Below, one piece after another: positions 1 through 10,700 of a stretch of DNA of 64,000 nt. This DNA comes from Antedon mediterranea. Its lineage: Eukaryota; Animalia; Echinodermata. The translations under genes and the position numbers were made by a program. The DNA lies in contig NC_092673.1 of assembly GCF_964355755.1 (NCBI RefSeq), positions 12,062,948-12,126,947 of the forward strand, in the 5' to 3' direction. Position 1 is the first letter of the stretch. The number at the start of each line of letters is the position of its first letter. Below the pieces are notes generated by a model. The model ran no database searches. It was not told the origin of the DNA and worked only from the letters and a program-made list of their open reading frames with translations.

Positions 1-1038
1 ATCTTGTTTAAGGGATTGTTTTTATATATTTTTAATCTATGTTTATTAAATATTTTAATAGAAAACGCTAGTTAAAAATGAGGTACAAAAGCCGAAATCC
101 GCGCGCTAAAAATAACTTTGGAAAACACCTACCCATTTTCGCACCCGATCGCACGAGGTCCATAATAAGTGGTGGAGTAATTTTTGTTGCATGTTATCAG
201 GCTTTAAATACTCTTTATTTTGATATGTAAATCGGTTATTATTATTATGTACATCCGCCTCATATGTCAATTTTAACGATAAAAATTGAATTTTTGAGTC
301 TTTCTCATTATCAAAATCTGGCTAATTTAGTATTGAATTAAAGCTAATTTATATTTCTGTTTGATAAAACCACATCGTTTTATTTGACTTTGCGTGGACC
401 TCGTGCGAAGAAGCCAACAAGACCAACCACTGAAAAAAATAATCCCTACCATAAATATCAGTGTTTACCATTTTCCTTACGGGGGATTCAGTTCTCCGCT
501 TATTACTAAATTACCGTCGCCCAGGCAATGTGCATGGTATGCATGTATTAGCGCGTTAATTAATGATTCGATAACCCTCGCAGTGGACTGTTCCATTTTC
601 TGAACTAGTCTTCGCCGCACACGAGGCATGTCGAAAAATGTCGCCTCTCATCATGGAATATTTGCTTCGAAACGTCAATTTTACCGATTTATTAAATTAT
701 TTAATAAGTGGAATATTTATCAATCTATTATAAAACAAGTACGTTAGGAAGAAATGTACCGCAGAAATTTAAGAAGCTTTGAATTTGCTATGCAGCGGCC
801 GTAACCCATTCTATGTAGGCGGCCGAAACGCGCTTTGGCCAGGGTTGCCGTTGTAGGAGGAGTATACGCTGTTTCTTAGCTATTCAATTTAAAGCGCAAC
901 TTTCGGTTAGAATAATCGAAAGGGAAATAAAATTAAACATGTTAACATTATACTATTGAGGTAATTACTTTGTTAAATTTAAAATTCCCCTTTTTAAATA
1001 ACAGAACAGCCTCGTTTACGGAAGTAATCGTCCACATT

Positions 1039-1353
1039 TGGAGTGGAGCTGTGGCTTGGTGGTTATGATGCTTGGCTACCAATCTAAGGGTCCTGGGTTC
1101 AAGTCCTGTCATATGTCAGGGTTTTTTTCTCATGACAATTTACAACTCCACTCCCAAAGACTTAATAATAAGTCTTTGTCTATGTAGAGCATCTTGTGTA
1201 TATGTTTGTCTTATATGTTCTAGTGCAGTATATGGAGAGCCATCTCGATAGTGCTTTGCACTCATGGCAATCCTCAGGGTGCTGCACCGCTGTGTTGTCA
1301 TGTATGTTTGCCTGAAAATTAAATAAAATAAAATAAAAAAAATAAAATAAAAC
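1039..1353 (+). mobile_element. tRNA-derived SINE
   Basis: A-box-like TGGCTTGGTGG (~1052), B-box GGTTCAAGTCC (~1096) and a (TAAAA)n tail at 1320-1353. A related head lies on the minus strand at ~26445-26546. Confidence 0.7.
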
Positions 1354-3151
1354 ATGTTGCTGTTTACATTTTCTTCTCGAAGTTCATTTTCTACGTCGAA
1401 GAATAGGGACTTCCCCTTTTAGTTTTATTCGCTCATCATCACGTCGACGACGGCCGGCCACGAACCAATCACATTAACTGTGTGTCATTAAAACGTCATC
1501 GAGGCACGCTCTGAGCATGTTTAAACAGAACTAAAAAAAATGAATAAGGCGATCATGACGTCGTCACATAAAATGCTGTGGTGGTAAAAAGTGTACCCGA
1601 GTCAGAAAGTACCGAAGTGTGGCGAATTGTCGCTCCCATAAGAAGTCACGCCGATCAGGCTAGGCCTAGGCTTGGAAATGTGTTTTCGCCAATTTGGCGA
1701 ACGAGGCAATAATTATTTTCGCCAAATGGAGACTCCAGTCGCCATTGGCGAATTGGCGAGCGGTTAGCGCGAGCGTAGATTCCATGTCACGATGGCTACG
1801 GGCCTAGCTAGCATACTAGACAATTGGCCCATAAATAACAAAACTCAGTGGATTCCAAACCCATCCTATCAACCAAACTCCTAAACAATCTAAACCTAAA
1901 ACGTTCTTCAAAATCGGCTGTAAATATTGAGGCAAAACTAGGGCTAGGTCCGATCGCCGTCCGCACGTATGGTGTCCTGAATATCGTCTAAAACAGTTTA
2001 CTCTCCAAAAAAGCGGATACTGCATCAAGCAAGTAGACCTAGTAGGCAGGAAACTAGCTGATCCGGCCCAGTTAAAAATTGAGCTATCTAGTGTAGTAGA
2101 CCCTATGCGAATTGATACTACCAGGCCTTTTACTATTAGGCTAGCTACACTTGTTAAAATTAGCAATACTAGTATTCCAACTATCTCATTCAAGCTATAT
2201 TATCTATACCATTCCGGTAGGTCGAGTCGACCTTCAATCAAATACTGTACATCGTTCATGTTGTGATTATAGACGGGGTATACTCGACCCGACCAGTTTG
2301 GTATTGTATACTGTATCTGCTTATCACATGACGATGCCAGAGAGAGCACTGTTTTAATGCATTTTCATAAAATATTGACTTGATAAATGGGAAAAATGAC
2401 TAAATATACATCACAAAAGCATAATTTTACAAAAGTAATTTATATGGTTAATGATAACGAGTCATCGGAAGATCAACCATTTCACGAATTTCCTATTCTG
2501 TAACACAGTGTCATATAGCCGTACAGTAGCTGTACTTGCAATTTTGGCTTCACTTCTCACAGCCCTCGTTCTGCTTCACCGCTTGCTTAATAAGTGAAAC
2601 TTTTACCGTTCAAGAGAAAAACAATTATTTATATTTTATATTTTTTACTATTCATTTTAAACCCGGAACCCCCCTTTAACTTTAAGATTAAGAGTGAGTA
2701 TGATAATTCAAGGTCATATAAACAAAAATGGTTCAGTTTTTCTGGTTCTGGTTTAAAAAAATATGTGGCATTGCAGAAAAATTGCACCAAATTTTCATTC
2801 TGTAATCTGATATAAAAAATAATTCCATTTAAAAGTGCATTTGTAGCAGACCTACCACATAGCTTTTAAACAATTCAACAATTACTTTTAATTTGATTCA
2901 AATTTACATACTGTACAAACAAAAATTACCTTTAGAATATCGCTATAAAAATACAATTAAAAAAAAGATGCAAGACTGAGACGATCAAAGCAAATTTGTG
3001 CAGTAAATTTAATTAGGATATTTGAATAAAATAAGTACAATATTTTTGAATATTTTTTAAAATCAATTTAAATCTTTAAAAAAAACTACAAATAAAGCAT
3101 TTCTTAGTTATTTATATAATTGTAAAAATTAAATTTCAATGGTACAGTTAA

Positions 3152-4623
3152 TGAACAAGTTAAGATGTAAACAAGTATGTAAACTATGAACAGGTTAAGA
3201 TGTAAACAAGTATGTACCGTATATTTCGGTGTATAAGTCGCACTTTTGACACGCAAATTTGACCTCTAAATTAAGGGTGCGTCTTATACACCGAACATAA
3301 ATGCCTCACCACACAGATTGTACATAGGCCTAGGCTATCGTCACCTCGTTTGCTAGGCCTGAGTAGGCTAGGCCTAGCTAAAGTAACTAACTAACGTAAC
3401 GGCAACCTGCTTCTGCCTAGTTTTCAAGGCATTTTAGCATGATGTTATACTAAAAATATGATGAAAAGATTTGTTCATTATGGCGATAAAATTTCATTTG
3501 TAAACGTTTACGTACGATTGGAATAGTATTTATTTATACAGTAGTTATACGCACGATCGTCGTACCCCCAGCGCAAGCCCTTCTTGGCGGCCACATGGTG
3601 TACTGTATTCGACTAGTATATTCTCCAGGTGATTATAGCATGGACCTAGCGTACACACTTCTCGGATACATAGATACTAATCGAATACGATTGTCCGTGA
3701 AAACGTCCGCCCTCTCGAAATGATCGAGCGAGGCTAGTCCACATATACGTGCACTCGATGTTGCGGCTGTTGAGGCTGGGCGCGGCCGAGCCTAGGTAAG
3801 AAAAAACCTAAATAAAGGACGCCGTTGCAGATATAACAAAATATATTATTACAATAATATTGATTACAATTTAAAAAAACATTGTTTTGATGAAATATAA
3901 GGTGCGTCTTATACACCGACGATATAAAAAATACCGATATTTTACTCTCAGTTAGGGGGTGCGTCTTATACACAGGTGCGACTTATACACCGAAATATAC
4001 GGTAAACTATGAACAAGTTAAGATGTAAACAAGTATGTAAACTATGAACAAGTTAAGATGTAAACAAGTATGTAAACTATGAACAAGTTAAGATGTAAAC
4101 AAGTATGTAAACTATGAACAAGTTAAGATGTAAACAAGTATGTAAACTATGAACAAGTTAAGATGTAAACAAGTGTAAACTATGAACAAGTTAAGATGTA
4201 AACAAGTATGTAAACTATGAACAAGTTAAGATGTAAACAAGTATGTAAACTATGAACAAGTTAAGATGTAAACAAGTATGTAAACTATGAACAAGTTAAG
4301 ATGTAAACAAGTATGTAAACTATGAACAAGTTAAGATGTAAACAAGTATGTAAACTATGAACAAGTTAAGATGTAAACAAGTATGTAAACTATGAACAAG
4401 TTAAGATGTAAACAAGTATGTAAACTATGAACAAGTTAAGATGTAAACAAGTATGTAAACTATGAACAAGTTAAGATGTAAACAAGTATGTAAACTATGA
4501 ACAAGTTAAGATGTAAACAAGTATGTAAACTATGAACAAGTTAAGATGTAAACAAGTATGTAAACTATGAACAAGTTAAGATGTAAACAAGTATGTAAAC
4601 TATGAACAAGTTAAGATGTAAAC
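3152..4623 (+). repeat. 35-bp minisatellite (GTAAACTATGAACAAGTTAAGATGTAAACAAGTAT), ~2 + ~18 copies, split by a MITE
   Basis: Near-perfect 35-bp period at 4003-4623 and the same unit at 3152-3216. Removing 3217-4004 restores the register exactly. Confidence 0.95.
3217..4002. mobile_element. Non-autonomous Tc1/mariner-pogo (Tigger-like) DNA transposon, 786 bp
   Basis: Perfect TIR CCGTATATTTCGGTGTATAAGTCGCA / TGCGACTTATACACCGAAATATACGG, TA target duplication (3215-3216, 4003-4004) and an internally repeated GGTGCGTCTTATACAC motif. Confidence 0.9.
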
Positions 4624-4754
4624 TCATTTATAGAGGATTATTGGATCATATCTGATAGAGATCATAATTGGGGAGAAAGTGAAAATCTTGTGTTTTTATG
4701 TATTGGTCATGCAGTAGGTCTACATTAATTAATTTAAAACTAAATTTTTTCCAG

Positions 4755-7700
4755 TTAAAAAGACCATCATTGGTATCAACTCAGCTCTCTAACACAGTGC
4801 AAATAAAAAAATCTCAGAAACATGAAGTGATGGACAAAAGAAAGAAACTTAAAAAAGTAAAGCTAAGGCAACAAATTGATGTAGAAAACATCGATCCTGT
4901 GTCTAGTAGTACAAACCGCCGTACTAATAAGAAAAGAAGCAAGACAAATGATGGCATACCTTTGAAAAACTGCCAACAAATAAGTATTTCAACTAAAACT
5001 GCAAGTCCACATGTATTTGAACATTGTAGTATCTTGCCAACTGACAACAATCTGCCAATACAATCTAACATTAAAAGAGAAACTATAACACTAAGTGAAT
5101 TACCATGCTCTCCAGCTGTTGCTCTAGGCCTTTATGATGATAAATCAACTACTACTACGAACATCTCAGATGTAGAACAGTTTAATATTACAGTTAACCA
5201 AGAAGCAGATGAAAGTGATGATTCAAAAAGTATCCGGCCCAAGACATCACAATTGTTAGACGTCACTTTTCCAGTGCAGAAAAAGAGTACAACATCCACC
5301 CTAAGGAAGAAACGATCAAGAGAAGGGAGCACTGAAAATGTATCACCAAAGAAATTGAAAAATTCTATTCCAATACAAATAAAGGCTTTAAAGATGCCCA
5401 GCAAATCACACAAAAGGCCAATAAAAAAAGGAAAGAAAGGAGTTGCAATATCGCATTTAATGCTGAAAAAGGCTGGTATGTATAATAGTTTATTAATTGT
5501 ACTGATTACCTTTAGCATGACAGCATAAATAATGAGCTGAACAATAAAAAAAAAAACCTAAAATGTTCTGGTTTTCTCAATGTAAACTTTGTCACCTTAC
5601 AAAATGTTGATGTACTGTACTGAGATTTTTCAGGGTTTCCAGTTTTGAGAAAGTTGACAAAAGTTTTTTAACTTTTATAATGTAGACTTTTTTACTAATG
5701 TCCTACAATTTAATCACTTGCCAAATAGAACTTATTAGTGTACTGTTATATTACTTCATCATCGAACTTTTCAAAGATTGAGGAACATTAACATTTTTTT
5801 TGTACATCTAGATATTCCACGACATCCAATGCCATTTGCAGCAAAAAATATGTTCTATGATGAACGTTGGATTGACAAACAAGAACAAGGATTTGTAAAA
5901 TGGTTGAATTATATTCTGACACCAGAAGACTACTCTCTGGATCCTAAGTGCAAGTCTGCAAAAGGTAAATTAGATTATTTTATTCTGTTACACAATAATA
6001 TTCACTATCTATGTGTACAGTATGTTTTTTATTCTTTATACGTCATAGTTATTGTTTTATCTGTATTTTTATCCAACAGGATAAGAAAATTTGTTTCTTC
6101 TAGTTTTGACCTTATTTACGGTTAAATTTTCAACTCTCATTATTTTGTATTTATCTTAACCGTATTCAAATGAAATTTTGCTGTCGCACAACGAAATGCT
6201 AGATGCTAGAAATGTTAGTACCCACCTTAGATTTTCAAACCACTTTTAAACTGACTACAACATTTTTCTTACCATTTAGTGAATGCATCCAAATTATTCT
6301 TATCAGCAAGTACAATGGGGAATACTAGAGCTCCAACTAAAGAGGTTTTGTCGTTAAGAGCATACTCTGCTAGAAGACAAATGAATAGGCTACGTAGAGA
6401 AGCATGCTCTCTCTTCCAGAGTGAACCAGTCATACGAGTCATTCAGAAGATTGAAGCAGAAGTTGAAAGAGGAGGGTTGGAGATTCGAAAAGATAAACAT
6501 ATCCATGCTGACTATGGTATATTTGCTTATTTCATTTTCCTACTTCAAAGAGCAATAATTCCATAGCTTTGTATAAAGATTGGCCCTTATTATATATTTT
6601 GTGATCTTTCATATTTAGAAATGAAATTTAAAAAATTTTTATTTCTTATTAATTTGAATAAAGGTATAAAAGAGAACTTACTGAACATGATGTTATCTTA
6701 TAATCCACTGTGGTTGCGTATAGGTCTTGAGGTAAGTTGACAGCATTGTGTAATTACTATAGGCAGTTTTTCTGTGCACTAAGAATTTTAAACTGGATTA
6801 ATGATGCATGTAATTATTTTGACAATTAGATATTCCGTTCTATTGCTTATGATTGGTCAAGTGCATTGTATTCTGGTGGGAGCCTAGTTTATGGGGAAGA
6901 ATCATAATGAATATAAATTTTCCATGACTATATAACATTATATAAATAAAGCCTTGTTCATCTGTCTTACTGTACCGATCAAATCAATTGTTTATTTAGG
7001 ATATCCAAGTAGTAATCAACAATATTTTACACCTGCTTATAAATATACATTTACCATGAAGACAAAGGGAAGCGAACAATCAAAAACATTTTTCAATTGA
7101 TTTTGTCTTCCAAAATGAATTGCATTAATTACCTTTTTCACATTGCAGACAATATATGGAGAAATGTTGGCAATTGAAAACAATGATGATGTGGTCGGAC
7201 TTTCTAGATTTATTGTCACTAGAATGCTGTACAACCCAGATATTGCTGCAGAGTTTGCTCATCCAACAGTACCAGCTTTTTTTAGGCCAGGTATATGCAT
7301 CAAATATGTGTTTTAATTTTCATTTCGTATATTTGCATACAGTAGAACCTCTGTTTTATATACACTGATTTTACATTCCCTGGATTTTATGTACGCTTAA
7401 AATGACCGATAATTTCATCATTTTTATTTAATTTATAACACTTTATTTAAACATCACACAGCCTGTATACAGTACTGTACTTTCAAATTCTAGGTAGGCC
7501 TCGCATCTTTCTAGGCCTGTTAGTGCTAGTCTGGCCTAGATTAGTCTAGGCAAGGCCTAGCTATTTTCGTAGCCTCTATCTAATATAAAAACAAATTAAA
7601 TTGAGATGATAAAATAATGGAGTGGATGGAGTTATCATTTCTTGTGGCCATGATAAACCATAAAGCAATACTAAAAAAAGTGAGAGTTGCAGTACTTTAA

Positions 7701-10700
7701 ATTTGGAAGTTCCATTATGTCACTTCTTTATAAATCTGTTATTAAAGGTATTCTCAAAGATTCTCCAAAAGTCTCCGCAAAACATAGGCACTGTAGTATA
7801 ATTTGTACAATTTTTTCTTTTATAATAGGATATGAAGACGCTCTTAATAAGTTCATTTTAAAGAAGTTCCTGGTATTGGTTCTGTTTCTAGATCGTGCAA
7901 AGTTAACGAGGCTTATTGATCACGATCCTTGCTTGTTCTACAAAGATTCAGAGTATAAGGTAATTGTATACGCATATTTTACCATCTGACACTCTATGTC
8001 AAATCAATCAAAATGTATATACCTGTAAGCTCTTACTTATATAGTATTGTAACCAACTGAAATGTGTTATCAAAATAACAATGTTATGTACAATGCATAT
8101 AAAGAAATTAACAACTTTACCTTGTGGGCTAAAAAACAATGTTACGAAAATTATACGTATCCATTTGCACCAGGGCTTAATGGTCAATGCCAGACTTATA
8201 CTTGGGTGTTTTGTTAAGTGGGTATAATTTCTCGCACCAGCTTTATTCAATCATATTAAACACAATTTTTTTTTTAATATGAGTGCAAAATAATGTAAAT
8301 ATACCAAAACAAACACTCTCAATATGTATTTTTTATAAATACAGGAAAATATATTTTAAAAGTATAGGTCACATCACTAGGCCAATTTTACCGTCATTCT
8401 TTGGTAAAACACTCTAGTGATCTTTTAAAGGTCAAATCAACCGATTACGATCACAATGGCCAAGTGGTTAAGGCAGGGGCGCCATTTACTGCACCTAAAA
8501 TTATCGCCATGGGTTCGAGGCTGACTCTCTCTCTCTCTCTTGGTTTTTCTTGGAGACTATAATTCAAAGATCCAGTGTACACAGTTGTCCGTGTGCACTT
8601 TTAAAAAACCCAGTTCATTATTTAAGATGAGTAGGAGTTACCCTGGTGGACTTGTTCACAAAATGGCCCCTGATCAGGGGAGATTAGCACCTATCCGATA
8701 GAGTGATTAATTTACTATTGATATTCCTTAGCCACATGTGCCTAAATACATAAAATAAGATATAACAATGACAATTTTACTGACAAGTTTATTATTAAAT
8801 TGTAATGAATATAACAATTTATTACAATAAATAGAGAACAATTGAAAACTTCCTATTGATAATATTAAATAGTCTCTTAAATTAAATGTCATTGTGGTAA
8901 GACTAAGAGCTTTAGAAATGTCGAACATATGTAACTTTCTTATAAATTGATATACAGTAATTTATATATTTCAGTCGAATCGTAAGCTTCTTTTGTCATT
9001 TTCAAAAGAATACCTTAAAGGTGAAGGAGATGTGACTCGGCATTTGAGTTTTCTTGGATATTGTGTAACACATAAACAAACTCCTCTAGATGAGTTTGAT
9101 TTTTCAGTTACTAACCTTGCAACAGACTTAAGATGTGGGATAAGACTTGTGTATGTACCTTATGCTTTTTTATTTGTACAGTGTCTAACAAATGTCATGA
9201 GGTAATTTCCCGAATGATCAGGCTACTTGGTTTGGTTTACTAGCGTTCGTGCCAGTCATCCATTCATAAGCACTGATAAAGAATGTCTATGAAAATAGAA
9301 TTTCGTTTTTTACCTCATGAAAGTATTTGTACCATTGCACTCATTATTTGTATGTTATTACATTATTATAAAAATAGAGTCGACTCCGCCTAAGTCGAAT
9401 CTAATGGGACTGGTATAAAAAGTTTGAGTTAAGTGAACTTCTACTTACAGATTTGTAAAAAAAAATGCTAGGCCTAGGTCCATTCACTAGCCACGCTAAG
9501 GCTAGACCCTAGGCTTAACCTACTTCGCAATTACATATTGGCTTACACACTGAGCCTTGAATTGTCTTGTTCTAAGCCTCCTTTATCAGTAATGTGTTCT
9601 GTATTGAATTTGGACTTTCATAAAAATTTGACTTAGGTCAAAAAATTGAAGAAAAAAAAATAACAATTGAAAAAAATCAAACAATAGTGACGAATCTCAA
9701 ACATAATGGAATTAATAGATTAATTGTTTGCATGTTTATTATAAATTTGACTGTTGTTTTAAATATTGTTTATTTATCTTAGTCGAATTGTTGAGTTGTT
9801 GATCAGAGATTGGAAACTGTCTGGGGATGTTCGTGTTCCCGCCATCAGCCGTTTGCAAAAAATTCACAATATGAAAGTAGTTTTCAACGCCATGAAGAAT
9901 TGCCGTGAAGTTGAAGGTTAGTATAACACAGCAATATAAACTTCATTATGGTATCCCAAAATTTGACCATTTTAAGGCCAGTTTGAAAAAAATCAGAAGT
10001 CAATTTCACTTGATTCTGGTAGGAATTTTACTATTTATCCAAAAATGAGAGGGGGGGGGGGGGGTGTGTCAATGGTTCAGAGACCACAAATGTCATTGTG
10101 TTTGGTCTCAAATGAAAGGAAATTTAATTTTAAGGAGGAGGCATTTATATTATGCTTCTATAAAATTTAAATTGAAAGACAGTAATAGCAGCAATGTTTA
10201 TGTGATTAAAATCTATTCAACTTATAGTAGGCCTAATGTATGGACATTTTACCAATTATGAATTATACTATATTGTCCTCGGCTGTTTGTACAATGAATA
10301 AACAATTAACAATGAACAATGTAAAACAAGCACGAATGTGCAATACTCGGGGTACAGCGAAAGAAGCTGTATACAGACGTATACAGTTAGAAACTTAAAG
10401 AAAAATAGGTTTCGCCAGGGCTCGAACCGGGACCTTCTGCGTGTTAAGCAGACTTGACAACCACTACACTACGAAACCTCTTACATTGAAATTGTGGGTT
10501 ACAGAAAGTTTTGTAATCCATTTAAATTACAAATAAATGGTAATAAGCACAAAGCAAAATAAACATGTGTAAAAGTGATAATTACCGATTACACAAAATA
10601 AGTATTTTAAAAAATAATAATAAGATATACTGTGTATAATTATCATATTGCGTATACAGTACTTTTCACCATAAAGTTTAAAAAAAAAGGTTTAGCCCGG

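Noticed and set aside
1043-1110. Possible tRNA gene
   Set aside because: There is no paired acceptor stem, and it continues into a body and A-rich tail, so it is called a SINE head.
1-2600. CpG-richer fragments with partial inverted motifs, as possible DNA-transposon pieces or an ASPM promoter
   Set aside because: No matched TIR/TSD pair or convincing first coding exon could be established.
4814-5518. Hydrophobic antisense ORFs
   Set aside because: They are shadows of the lysine-rich ASPM exon on the opposite strand.
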